A stretch of DNA of 64,000 nucleotides from Octopus vulgaris (taxonomy: Eukaryota). Under the pieces are notes generated by a model. It was not told the DNA's origin. It worked only from the letters and a program-made list of their open reading frames with translations, and did not search any database. The position numbers and the translations under genes were made by a program. The stretch lies in assembly GCA_951406725.2 (NCBI GenBank), contig OX597821.1:103540001-103604000 (forward strand), written 5' to 3'. Below are positions 24,517 through 38,511 of this stretch, one piece after another (position 1 is the first letter of the stretch; the number at the start of each line of letters is the position of its first letter).

Positions 24517-25960
24517 CCCATCCGTCTCTCTGCGTGAATGTTTGTATGTATACGTATGAATGTATATGACAGGCTTTAGCACAATTTTTGTCTACGCAAT
24601 TCCATTCAGAAAACATTGGTCAAGCAAAGGCTATAATAGAAAAAAATTTCTCAAAGTGCAGTGCACTGGGACCGAACCAAGAACCACATGGTAGTTACGG
24701 AGCGAACTCAATTACAGCATCCACAGTAGAATCTTCTTGTATCCAGAACAAGTGTCAATATATTTTCAATAACCCAGAATATCTGAATTTGTATGCAACC
24801 ATGTGAATGAACATCGCTTGATATTATGGCCAGAGAATAAAAATAACTTTCGCTTCAGTTATTCAGGCTATCTTCAGAGATTTTATTTCATAGCGACGGA
24901 AATATTCCTTATCGTCTTTGAACAAACTGTCTGTTATTCTAAAATTATCCAAGTAATAATTCAAGGAATAATACCTTTGAGTTTCTGTTTATTTTAACAC
25001 TCAAACCAATGTCACCTCTATTAAAGAATCAAGGAATCGCAACGGTAATTTACTCATGCCCAGAATAGTTCCGATTATTGAATAATCTTTGCCAGCCTTG
25101 ATTATAAGGGCAGCAAAGAAGAATTATATATAATAAAACCAAATTAAATTAATATAAGGAATCAAATGCGACTAATAAATATAAATTCCCATTCCTTGCG
25201 ATAAACGGCGTAACACTTAAAACCGGTACAGGAAAGAATTATATCGGTAGATTCTATTGTTTAGTCAATAGAATTGTGATACACGGATGAATATTCTTCA
25301 ATTGTAGTGTAAAAGAAATCCGTATTATAGTAATTCCGATTGGTTTCGTGTACGTTTTCTTGAACAGCTCGATCGGAATCTTCCTCTCATAAATTCGATT
25401 TCTACAATGTAATTGAAGAATCGCGATTGCTAATATCTGTGGCGGTGGCTTTTCAGAATGGGGGTAGGGTGTCAGGGAATATGGTTAACAATATGTGTTC
25501 CAGGTTTTTCACTTTCTGCGTTCAAATCCTACCGGGATCAACTTTACCTTTCATCTTTTCTGGATCGATAAATTCGGGCACCAGCCAAATACTGAGGTCC
25601 ATGTAATCGATAACGTCTTCCTCATTAGGTTACTAGAATCGTAAACACGCCGGACAAAATGCTTAGTGGCATTTCATCCGTTGTAACGTAATTTGTTACG
25701 TACAGCAAAGAAGACAACCAAACAACAGTAAAAACAATGTAACGAACTAATCAATCTCTTTACGAACCAGCAATCAATATTCTTTAGGAACTAATCAAAC
25801 GAAACCTGTGAACTAACACGAACTTCACTCGAATGCGAACTCTGAACCTCGTCTATCTCTATCAGTCTATCTCTCGTAAGGGGTCGTCGTATCAGTCGAG
25901 TGGTGGAGTCTAAGTAGTCGATATATGTTCTCCTCCGAAAGTGCTGGCCTTATTATTATT

Positions 25961-26491
25961 GAGAGAGAGCAGCGCATACCATCAAAAGGACACTGGGAAA
26001 ATACCCAGTATACCCATCATGAATACCCGTCTGATAAGGGTACACCAGGTACATGCATCACAACCATATGTACGCGACATGGTGATATCATATCAAGATA
26101 AACCTTGCAAATGGGGCCCAGTTAGAATTTTCTTCAGTCGTGTAGCCCATCTCGCTCAAAAGGTCTCTGAATAAGGGTTGTTTAAGGATGTTGAACGAAG
26201 CACCCAGGTTTCGACAGGTGAATTATCCAAACCCCAAAGAATTCCTCTCAACATATAGCTACCATGCTCCCCAACTACTTCTGCTCGTGATCAGAGATGC
26301 ATATATCATCTGCCACTAATGAACATGGTCAACTGGTTAAGGTCAAACAACTGACAAGCAATCAGTGATACTGAGTAGAATATTTGCTGTAGCCCATCTT
26401 ATATACTAAGACGAAACAATGTACATGAGAACACTTCCAATAAGTTAAGATCAGAAGCCACGAGAGCCACTGCCTGGTTCTGGATCAGGGC
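25961..26491. mobile_element. Repeat family C, second copy, between (TTA) and (TTC)n(TTA)n
   Basis: Colinear with 6242-6780; compound microsatellite at 26492-26654. Confidence 0.85.
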
Positions 26492-26549
26492 ATTTCTTCT
26501 TCTTCTTCTTCTTCTTCTTCTTCTTCTTCTTCTTCTTCTTCTTCTTCTT

Positions 26550-26654
<105 letters not shown>

Positions 26655-27058
26655 TGAGTGGCGAACTACCAGAAACGTTCGCACGCCGGGCGAAATGCGT
26701 AGCAGCATTTTTTTTTCCGCCGTTACGTTCTGAGTTCAAATTCCGCCGAGGTCGACTTTGCCTTTAATGCTTTCGGGGTCGATTAAATAAGTACCAGTTA
26801 CGCAATCACTTTGTCTGTCCTTGTTTGTTCCCTCTATATTTAGCCCCTTTGTGGGCAATAAAGAAATAAGACTCATCACTGCTTGGAGTAAAATGCTTAG
26901 CAGTATTTTTTTCCGTTCTACGTCATGAGTTCAAATGCTTTCGAGGTGCACTTGTCTTTCGATAAGTACAAGCTGAGAACTTGGGAGAGATGCAACCGAC
27001 CAACCACCCCCCACCAGAAAATTTCAGGCTCTTATGCCTAGAGTAGAAAGGATTATTT
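26655..27058 (+). mobile_element. SINE family B dimer
   Basis: Near-consensus first unit, degenerate second unit with the alternative tail. Confidence 0.82.
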
Positions 27059-27642
27059 CAAATATCAATATTCCACCAGCGTGTGATAGAACTGGTCCTG
27101 ACATCTAGTACATTTTCTCATAAAATTAATGGCCTTTTGCCATTTCCCAGGAATCAATATTTAAATTACATGAATAGTTAGTTATAGTGAAATGTTCTGT
27201 TACACTAAAAGACATAAAGACAAACACCCATAGACCCACAGAATATAATGACAATTGCACATAATTTCACATAACCAATGATATTTATAGAATATTTAAA
27301 AAAAAACACGAAAAAACAAACGAAAGACACAATACGATAAAGGAAATCTAACGTAATTGTATAGTATCAATCAAAAATCACTAAAATCGATGTTTTCCTA
27401 ATACAAATATAACAGATGATTGAATACATAAACCATATCGTTATACGGGCGGCATATTTGATTATCAATGATTGTCGTCTTTTCTTTTTTTTTTTTGGTT
27501 TGGAAAATTTTATAATATTGAACACAAGAACACATTGTTGATTACGCAAAAGAAAGAGAAATTTCGAGAGTTAGATTGTGACGAAGTGAGAGAGCTGGAC
27601 TAGTTCACAACTTACTTTATTGAATTTATATCGAATATTGCA

Positions 27643-27712
<70 letters not shown>

Positions 27713-27728
27713 ATATAAACACACGCGC

Positions 27729-27762
<34 letters not shown>

Positions 27763-28118
27763 ATGCCTTTACGGAACTTGAGGGTTAGCAATAAACTTCA
27801 AGCTAGCCTCCAATAAAGGACTTTTGACAATATAATACGTCGAGAAGTCGAGAATAAAAACCATTTATTGTAATAATTGCAATTGTTTTGCTTCAGTTAG
27901 CTTACAAAAGGTAACAGTTCACATAAATGTATTCGGTTATCTGTCAGAACGCATTCCAATAAATTACATTTACACACATAAATATATAGACAGATGGAAC
28001 ACGGAGAAAAAGCAGAGGCATTCCACTGTAAAAGGTTTATATGTACTCTTAACAGATATTGATTAACGTTCAGTTCAACTTTAAATTTTTTACATACATA
28101 CATACATACATACATATG

Positions 28119-28427
28119 TGTGGAGGGGCAATGGCCCAGTGGTTAGGGCAGCGGACTCGCGGTCGGAGGTGCGCGGTTTCGATTCCCAGATCGGGCGTTG
28201 TGTGTGTTTATTGAGCAAAAACATCTAAAGCTCGACGAGTCTCCGGCAGGGGGTGGTGGTGACCCCTGTCGTACTCTTTCGCCCCAAATTTCTCTAACTC
28301 TTTCTTCCTGTTTCTTGAGTAACGCTGCGATGGACTGGCGTCCCGTCCAGTTGGGGGAAAGCATACGCCACAGAAACCGGGAAACCGGGCCCATGAGCCT
28401 GGCTAGGCTTCAAAAGGGTGCACAAAA

Positions 28428-28428
<1 letters not shown>
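28119..28428 (+). mobile_element. tRNA-derived SINE family E
   Basis: A box TGGCCCAGTGG, B box GTTTCGATTCC, V-domain-like GCTGCGATGGACTGGCGTCCCGTCCAG, A-rich end. Confidence 0.85.
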
Positions 28429-28465
<37 letters not shown>

Positions 28466-28881
28466 GCACACACGCAAAAGTATGGTGATTTATATATGAT
28501 TTATCAGCCACGTACGTTTCAAATAGAACAACATACCTCAAAATGCTGTAATGCAACATTCACTTGATGCCATATTTGATAGATTAAAATAGTACAGGGA
28601 TACAGTAATTGAACACCATACTATTCTTATGAAAACTATATAGCCACTGATTATAATATTTGAATATTTTAGGGGATCAAGTAGTAAACTTAGGCCACCT
28701 CATCTGTCCATTTATATTTCAGCGAGGGGTTGAGAAATATTTTTATAGACTAACTTATGATTCCTAGTAACCAGATCATGATACAATTGTAAATTAACAT
28801 ATTCTGTATCAAAGCATGCCGAGCAGTTATATGAAAACAACTAGCTGTACATAGAGCCTAGTGTGTATATATATGTGTGTA

Positions 28882-28978
<97 letters not shown>

Positions 28979-29008
28979 ATATCCATCTCTCTCTCTCTCT
29001 CTCTCTCT

Positions 29009-29043
<35 letters not shown>

Positions 29044-29246
29044 TAAGGGTAGAAATTGATATTAATCAATTAAAACTAGTGGCCTAGCATATTAAAAAAA
29101 TCCGAAGATTAAAATATTTTTACATACAATATAGAAGTCAAATCAGTATTTTCCACGAAGAATGAGTTCTCGTGGAAAATACCGATTTGACGTCTATATC
29201 TAGCATGTTGACCGTCCACTTTTAGTGGTCAGTCCTTTAAATTTTG

Positions 29247-29278
<32 letters not shown>

Positions 29279-29361
29279 ATATATAGCAGAAGACACACAC
29301 CCGGGACTAAATACGGAGCAATGTTGTTGTGAAGCAAGCTTCTTGCCACACAGCCACGCCT

Positions 29362-29431
<70 letters not shown>

Positions 29432-29810
29432 GGTATATATTTATGTATGTATGAATTGAAGTAAAGTGATTGATTGAGAGCGAGACAGTCAAAGGACTTT
29501 ATAATGCAATATATATATATATACACAAAGAACGAAGATGCGTTTTTCCTATTTCAATATTTAGAAAAATTCAATCTAGACCGACGATGAAGCATATCTT
29601 GATCCTTTCAAGTCAGTATGTGACATACGTGTAGATAAAAGTTAAATATTCCGTTTGAAGTTCAACAGAACACACGATGTCATCGTTCAAATACAGTTCC
29701 TGTGGATGTTTTGACAGATAGAGGACAAATCGGAATTCTTCCCATTCTGCATTCATACCATCTGTATTGATCGTATGAACATATGATGCAAAAACGTTAG
29801 TAGCTGCCAC

Positions 29811-29897
<87 letters not shown>

Positions 29898-29900
29898 GTG

Positions 29901-29943
<43 letters not shown>

Positions 29944-30182
29944 CTTTTATTGTTACACTCATTATTCTACGGCCATGCTGGGGCACTACCTTGTAATATT
30001 TCAGTCAAATGAATCGACCCCAGCACTTTTCTTAAGCCTGGTACCTATTCTGGCGAACTCCTTTGCTGCACTGCTAAGTTACGGGAACTTAGACACGCAA
30101 ACAACTGTTGTCAAGCGATGGTAGTGGAACAAACACAGACACACATACATATACTTAAACCCAACAAAGAATCCTCACCACC

Positions 30183-30237
<55 letters not shown>

Positions 30238-30388
30238 AGGACCTGTTTCCGTTTTGTATCTACCAAATACTCTCACAGGTCTTTTGTTGGCCCGAGGCTA
30301 TAGTAGAAGACTCTTGCCACAAGTTACCACACAGTGGGACAGAGCCCGGATGCATATTGTTGGAAAGTAAGCTTCTTACCACACAGCA
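29944..30388 (-). mobile_element. SINE family A, degenerate full copy
   Basis: Both halves present around a (TA)n tract. Confidence 0.8.
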
Positions 30389-30436
30389 TTCATACATACA
30401 TACATACACACATTCAATCAACCATACAAACATACA

Positions 30437-30468
<32 letters not shown>

Positions 30469-30484
30469 CTCACACACATATATT

Positions 30485-30670
30485 AATAATAATAATAATA
30501 TGACGACAAATGAATGAATGAGACCTCGATATTACGTAAATAGAGGAATTTATCTATAAATACATAATAAAGGACAATCAGATAGTTGTCATAAGAAAAC
30601 TCAGAGTTTCAGATAGGCATATGAAGCTGAGTATTACTATGACAAATAACTGATTGTCCTATATTATATA
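30485..30670. mobile_element. (TA)n-associated fold-back element, family TA-4
   Basis: GAATGAGACCTCGATATTA.GTAAATAGAGGAATTTATC shared with 34660-34735 (inverted) and 60895-60990; internal inverted repeat at 30571-30660. Confidence 0.7.
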
Positions 30671-30700
30671 TAAGAAGCAAACAATATACATACATATATA

Positions 30701-30748
<48 letters not shown>

Positions 30749-31288
30749 ATTATGTGTATATGTGTGTGTGCGTATAAAGGAAATATGATTAGAGGGAGAT
30801 ACGGAGAAAGAAAAAGAGAATAGATTTAGGAATTAGAGAAACAAATGTAGGTGTCCACCTGTGTTTGTTTGTGTGTATGCGCATGTTTGTGTATAAGCCC
30901 CGAAATAGCCAATCATTTTTGTAGAGTTGGTGTAGTCTGGATTGTATAACTAATTAGGTAGTACATTTCCCGAAGTTATCTACAATTCTACTACTAACCT
31001 GTTTTTTTTTTCAAGTTTTGTTTACGAATAGAAATAATGTTTATATTTATATTAAGAATGGGAGTTAATTTTATAGAATTCAGAGAAATATTCCTTTTGG
31101 AATCATTTTGGATTCATATTGTCGTCATAGAAACACGAAATATGCTTTTGATTCCTTATACACTGTAATCAATATAGACGTTGGTTTGATAATACTGTTT
31201 AACGCAAAAAACGTAACGCAAGTTAAAACATATCAATAAATAAATTAAAACACGATAATGATAATAATAATAATAATAATAATAAAAA

Positions 31289-31368
<80 letters not shown>

Positions 31369-31612
31369 TGCAATTTTAAAAAAACAACTCCAAAATATTG
31401 AAAATTATAAGAGAGGTAACGAGAACAATAATAACGATAGTAATTATGAAAATAATAATAATAATGATTTCAAAACGAAAACTATAACAACATGCTGTAC
31501 GAGTAAAAAATGCAGTATTTTCGGATTACCTGAGAGATCAAGCTGCCCTGTAAGCGGTTAAAAAGACGAAGAGAAGAAAGTGTTAATACAATTTTGTTAG
31601 CTGTAAAAATTC

Positions 31613-31681
<69 letters not shown>

Positions 31682-31682
31682 A

Positions 31683-31770
<88 letters not shown>

Positions 31771-31817
31771 TATATATATATACATAATACATAAAAACCT
31801 TTCTACTAAGTATATAC

Positions 31818-31848
<31 letters not shown>

Positions 31849-31937
31849 CATATACATACATACATATGTACATACATACACACACATATATATATATATA
31901 TACATACATACATAATACACACACACACACACACACG

Positions 31938-31985
<48 letters not shown>

Positions 31986-31988
<3 letters not shown>

Positions 31989-32150
31989 CAAAACAAAAAT
32001 GGTGCAAGAACGTAACGGGCGACAACGGAATATCCGGACAGTTAAACGATACAAAAAAGGAGAGCAAAAAACAAGGACGGATCATTCGGAGCTTTCTATC
32101 CCCAGTCGAGTACGAGATCGTCATTGCAGTTTCGGCCGAGGGAAAAGAGA
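31986..32150 (-). mobile_element. Family TA-3 copy
   Basis: Reverse complement colinear with 23812-23990; abuts (TA)n. Confidence 0.7.
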
Positions 32151-32283
32151 AAGTGAGAGAACTATTCAGGCAGTGAGTGTAGAATATGTATCATCTACTC
32201 AATTTCAAATACTGTTTATATTGAAAGAGCTATTCAATAATGAGCTAAAGAAAGGACGAATATACAAATACATACAAAAATAT

Positions 32284-32359
<76 letters not shown>

Positions 32360-33060
32360 ATGTGTGTGTGTGTGTGTGTGTGTATGCGTGTGTGTGTGTA
32401 TACCTAGAATATATGTGTGTGTACATATATATATATATACAGTTGTATGCATATATAAATTCATATACATAGACACGCTCACATATATACAGTCACATAT
32501 ATGCATACATACACATACACACAAACATATGTGCATATACACATACATACGCAAGCCTGTACTTTTGTATATATGTACATGCTCACTTAGAGATAAGGAA
32601 ATTATTAAAAAAAAAAAGGAAACCTGTATAAGCTTAACGACAGCATAAGCAGATAACATACATAATTGCAATAAGCATATTTGTATAGTAACAATCTTCA
32701 TGTCTCCAGAGAAAACATATAACTATAAATACATATATAGAATTTGATATGATCTTTTCATGATATTACTGTTTCTAGAACAGATTTTTTAACAACTGTA
32801 AATATATAACCGCTTATTATTTGATGTCTTTTTCCAAATTATTTTAAGGTATATTAGCTATAATGGCATATCTTACGCTCGCACATCCGCACGACTATAC
32901 CCATCAACAATTTATGTATTTGAATAGAAAAGACAGATACATTCAGGTAAGACTTTATAAATGTGGTGTGTGAACCGACACACAGATATATCTATGTACG
33001 TACATTATATATGTACACACAAACAATATATATGGGAGTGTGTGTGTGTTTGTGAAAGAG

Positions 33061-33114
<54 letters not shown>

Positions 33115-33356
33115 TGTGATACCATAGAAATGACAACCGAATTTATTTGACAGGATAAAAGATCCGTTTTGATTACATATACATACGGAAACCCTATACA
33201 GCAGTAACTAAATGTATGTATGTGTGTGTATGTGTGTAATATTCAAGTAAGCGACCACTCGTGTCTACAAATACACAGATATATGTATTTATACATACAT
33301 ACACGTAAGTATGTATGGCTGTACATACATACATACATACATACATATATACATAC

Positions 33357-33405
<49 letters not shown>

Positions 33406-34207
33406 TATATATATATGCATATACATGTACCTATGCATAAACATTTACACATATATGTACACATACATATATATATACACATGCATACTCTCTCACAAGC
33501 ACGCATGTACGCACACGCACACAAACACACACACACACACACACACGCACACACACACACACACACACGCATACAGCTACGCATAGGAAACTTGAAGTGA
33601 GTTCCTGAATGCTTGCTTGAACAGCAAGAGAATGAAGACAAATATATCTACTTAGGTATTTGAGAAATTGAAGACAAACATCGCTGAAACCTCACTAAGA
33701 CACAAAGTTTTAAAAAGGCAAAGTCACTATATAATACCACCATTCGCAGCCATCTCAGAAAACAAAACGAGATGGTCGTTGCTGGAATATACTTGATCAT
33801 AGACCAAATTGATTTAAGTTTCCCTTCTTTTAGCGTCTACGCAACAGAAGCTTTTGCAAAATCATTCGAAATGTTTCTGTTGAAATTAAACTTGGAATAA
33901 TCCAGGATTTCAACGAACGCAATTTCAGTTTTCGCTTTAAATTTTGCCATGTTCTTGTTGCAACTTCAGCTCCATCTTCCTCCTGAAAACGTATGTTTGC
34001 AAGTTTTACAACCTTGATCATTGTTTCCTTTTCTCTTCTCTGCAATTGCGTATTTATGACCTAACTATTTATTATGTTGTTTCCTTATCATAAAACACAA
34101 TGTTAGGATCAGAGGGAAATTTGGGTGTTACTTTTAGGAACTCAGCCAACCCAAAAGAATTTTCTTTCACTCTTTATGGACATTGTTAAAATATTTATAT
34201 ACACTCA

Positions 34208-34252
<45 letters not shown>

Positions 34253-34255
<3 letters not shown>

Positions 34256-34405
34256 GGTCCCGGGTTGATTCGGGGTTAACCACAGTAAGTAAGGTACTCA
34301 ATACATAGCAGAGTAAAATTAATTTATTATATAGAAGGATTTATAGGATAGTACTGTTTCATTCAAGAAGATTTCTTGAATGAAACAGTACTAGTCCTGT
34401 AGAAG

Positions 34406-34412
<7 letters not shown>
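34253..34412. repeat. (TA)n-flanked element with a near-perfect hairpin (about 34343-34402)
   Basis: TAGTACTGTTTCATTCAAGAA-GAT-TTCTTGAATGAAACAGTACTA. Confidence 0.8.
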
Positions 34413-34464
<52 letters not shown>

Positions 34465-34465
<1 letters not shown>

Positions 34466-34740
34466 GTAATATAAGATATGCCAATTATTCGGTTGCCATA
34501 ATAAGACTCCGAATTTCGGATATCGGGGCAGAAAACTGCTCCGGCATCTCGTCAGTTATCGAGGCAATCAAAAAACGCTATGAAAATGACCGCTATTAAT
34601 ACGGTCAATTACATAGTAAGAGCTCGGTCTCTTATGGCAACCGAATAATTGTCACATAATATATTACTGATAATTTCCTCTATTTACATAATATCGAGAT
34701 CTCATTCATTGTTTTGTTTTCTTACCATTAATATTACGAT
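34465..34740 (-). mobile_element. Family TA-4 fold-back element carrying a hammerhead motif
   Basis: Inverted arms CAATTATTCGGTTGCCATAA / TTATGGCAACCGAATAATTG; TA/TCTA microsatellite flanks. Confidence 0.75.
34501..34559 (-). ncRNA. Type I hammerhead ribozyme motif with long stem II
   Basis: AUAA-CUGACGA-GAUGCCGGAGCAG(UUUU)CUGCCCCGAUAUC-C-GAAA-UUCGGA-GUC^UUAU; stem I AUAA/UUAU, GUC cleavage triplet. Confidence 0.7.
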
Positions 34741-34782
34741 CTATCTATCTATCTATCTATCTATCTATATACATACACTATC

Positions 34783-34845
<63 letters not shown>

Positions 34846-35514
34846 GTGTGTGTGTGTGAGTGTATACATCGCATACACACAGACGCACACAAACACAGGC
34901 ACACATATGCAAGGAAACATCTAAAGCCTAGTTTTGAACGAATGGGGTTTGGATCAAATGATCTGTCACCAGCTTCACTCTTGCCCCAACCGTGTCTTTG
35001 CTCCTCATCTCTCTTGGCGTTATTAATCCAAAATTATTTTAAGCCAAATAAATAAATATTTGAGTGTTTTTTTAAAATCATTTACCAGTATTGTAAATTT
35101 TCTTCATACAATAATATCAGACGTATATCTGGTCCTGTATCACTCAGCACGGCAGTTTAACAATGATATGAAATCTAATTTGAATATTATGCATGAATTA
35201 GTGATGGTTAGTGATCACTGTTCAGCAAAAGGTTAGCTAGATCTCAACTTCTAGCACAGATGCTTTCACGTTTATCAATAATGTTCATAGATGATGTTCA
35301 AACCTATGCAGATGAGCAGATTGACCGAAGGCATTACAGCCGTGTGTCTCAGGGTATCTCATTGAGGATGCCTTTTCTTTTACAAGACTATCCTGTGATT
35401 TTAGATAATTCGGCTGTGTGGCACATTTCTAAAGATAAATTCTGAAGCTTAAGGGTTCAGGTTCGATCGCATTGTTCGACAATTGGTTAAAGATAGTTTT
35501 GAACATGCAGATTT

Positions 35515-36160
35515 AGCTCTGTGATAAAAAAAAAAGTCGCTTTGTAAGCATGTGGTTTCGGGTTCAGTCCTGTTGTACGGCAACTTGGGGTAATGTCTTC
35601 TACTATAGCTTTCGGCCGATAAATTCCCTGTGAATGAATTTGGTAGACAGAAATTCAGAGGCAGCGAGCTGGGAGAAACGTTAGCTCGCTGGGCGAAATA
35701 CTTAGCAGTATTTCGTGTGCCGTTACGTTCTGAGTTCAAATTCCGCCGAGGTCGACTTTGCTTTCATCCTTTCGGGGTCGATAAATTAAGTACCATTTAC
35801 GCGCTGGGGTCGATGTAATCGATTTAATCTCCTCTGTCCTTGTGTGTCCCCTCTATGTTTAGCCTCTTGTGGGCAATAAATAAATACGAAATAAGAAATA
35901 AGAATTTCAGTGGAAGCCCGTCGTGTGTGTGTTTGTGGGGGGAGGGTGTGTCCATATTTGTGTTTGTCTACTCACCGCTTGTCAAACGGTGTTGGCTTCT
36001 GTACGTCCCCATAACATTGCAATAGTGGTTAAGCAGAAGAGAATGAGAGAATAATTACCGGATTAAATAATAAATACTGGGATCAATTTGTTCAACCAAA
36101 ATCATCAAGGTAGTACACCAGCACGGCTGCAATCCAATGACTGGAAGAAGTACAAAATAG
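35515..36160 (+). mobile_element. Old SINE A interrupted by a SINE B (35659-35900)
   Basis: SINE A halves on each side; probable TSD AGAAATTCAG / AGAATTTCAG. Confidence 0.8.
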
Positions 36161-37514
36161 TGAATTTGGGCGGACAGTCAAACCGTATTCCAAATGTTTA
36201 GTCTTCTCTGAAACTGTTTCAGTAGTATCTGCCCGACACTTAAGTTAATATCAGAAGTGGCAGTGGAATACTCTGTCACTTGCACGTTAATTCAGGTGAA
36301 GGTAAGTCAGTTTATGAACAACCGAATCCACTCTGCTAATCTTCGAATATAAAATCACTCCATATTCCGATTCGCAAGAGATATTTAATTTCTATTTCTA
36401 TTGTGTCCAGTAATCACAAGATTTTTTCTGTTCCCCTTTGACGTTAGAAAGGGATGTACTTTTATACCATCATCATCAATATCATATTCCTAAAACCTTT
36501 TGTGACAAAAAAAAAAAAGAATTACAACCTTATGTAGTTTCATATTTTGTATTGGTAAAAAAAGAAATTACAGAAAGTTCTCTTTCAGTAAGCTGTTGTA
36601 TAATTTTTTCTGCCATCATTTCATTGCAGCAGTAAAATCTCAACAATTATAATGCGAATATTTGTATATATATTAAGGTATGTATGTATATATTTATGTG
36701 TATATTATGTTTATGTATGTATATATGTATGTATGTATGTAGGTATATATATATATATATATATATATATGAATATCTATATATAGTTACATATTTACAT
36801 ATATTAGATACATATATAAATATGGATACTTGCATATTTATATGTCTACTTATGTACCTACCTACATATATACCCACATACCTACACACGCAAGTATATT
36901 ATACATGAATACACTTGCATAATGAAATCCAAAATGACTTATCGGTTCCATCAAAAGTGAACCAGACTAAATGGTATAGACATCTAATTTGTTGCTTCAC
37001 TGGGCTAAGTTCAACAACTCTCACCTTGTGGTCGATAAAATAGTGTTGTCAGCTTCAGTCACATTCATTATCTTCTCTTCACACACCCAGCTTCAATCAT
37101 CCTCATACAATCAGTCACTGGCATACTCACACATTCAGCTGCTCGTATACTCTCATACTCACACAATCAAACACTCATACTCATACACATATATCCATGG
37201 ACCCACACAATAAATGATATGTTCCTGGACAAATGTTACTACTCCGTTATGAGAATTGGCACAAGTTTTGCACGAATCAGCTGATTATATATTAGAGAGA
37301 CAGAATTCATATAATAATTAAATATTCTGTATTTGATGGATATCAGAGGCATTTTAAAGCAGTTTAAAAAAAAAAAAAACTCCAGTTCCTATCTCGAATT
37401 TGAGCCTCTTAAAAGCAAATTTTGTCCATGTCGTTCACTAATATAAGCAAATCTTAATCCAGATAACCTCTTCTACTTAGTCTGACTAGATAATGATGTT
37501 GAAATCTTATGAAG

Positions 37515-38105
37515 GCTTAGCGGCAAATCGTCCGAGTTCAAATCCCACCGAGGTTGACGTTGCCTTTCATCCTTTCGTGGTCGATAAAATAAGTACCAGT
37601 TGAGTACTGGGGTTTATGTAGTCGGCTTATCCCCTTCCCGAAATTGCTGGCCTTGTGCCAATGTTTGAAACCGATATTTAACCATTATTATTATTATTAC
37701 GTGTGCTGAGGGAGGCCATCTGGCAGAACCATTAGCAACACCAGAGAAAATGCTTCGAGGCATTTCGTCCGTCTTTACGTTCTGAGTTCAAGTCCCGTCG
37801 ACGTCGTTTTTGTCTTTCATTCTTTCAAAATCGACAAAAATAAATTACCAGACGAGTAACGGTGTTGGTGTAATCGACATGCCCCAACCCCTTAAAATTT
37901 CTGACTTTCTGCCAAAATTAGAAATAAGTATTGTTATAATTTAAAGTGGCGAGCTGACGGGATCGTTAGCACTCCAAGCAAAATGCATAGCGACATTCCG
38001 TCTGTCTTTACGTTCTGAGTTCGAATTCTGTCGAGGTCGACTTTTCCTGTTATCCTTTTGATGTCGATTAAATAAGTACCAATTGAGAAGTTGGGTCGAT
38101 GTAAT
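37515..38105 (+). mobile_element. Three tandem SINE family B units
   Basis: GAGTTC(A/G)A B-box blocks at about 37534, 37783 and 38017, each followed by the central domain. Confidence 0.82.
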
Positions 38106-38400
38106 CCATAATAGTTGAATTTTGTGATGATAATTATGATGTCTGAATATCCGGGTCTTTTTTCTCCTGTAACGTACATCGCATTCGTCGCTTATGAAAA
38201 CAAGGAAGCCGATATTTGCGCATCAATCTACTCACTTTATAACACTTATATTCTAGGTGAGTGAATAATGCCGATAACGGAAACAGAAATTTTATGAGTT
38301 CATATATCTATGTCTATATATATTATAGATGTGTACGTGTATAAATACAAACATATTTATACATATATATAAATGCATACAAGTACATAAAATATGTATG

Positions 38401-38452
<52 letters not shown>

Positions 38453-38453
38453 C

Positions 38454-38511
<58 letters not shown>

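Noticed and set aside
25682-25935. Insert starting TGTAACG with repeated CGAACT motifs, possibly an LTR
   Set aside because: No matching ..CA terminus, TSD or second copy found.
29613-29810. 65-aa minus-strand ORF in complex sequence
   Set aside because: No family resemblance, GTG start next to a microsatellite, no convincing exon boundaries.
33830-34045. Non-repetitive 71-aa minus-strand ORF
   Set aside because: No recognisable motif, non-ATG start and weak splice signals; may be a transposon remnant but cannot be supported.
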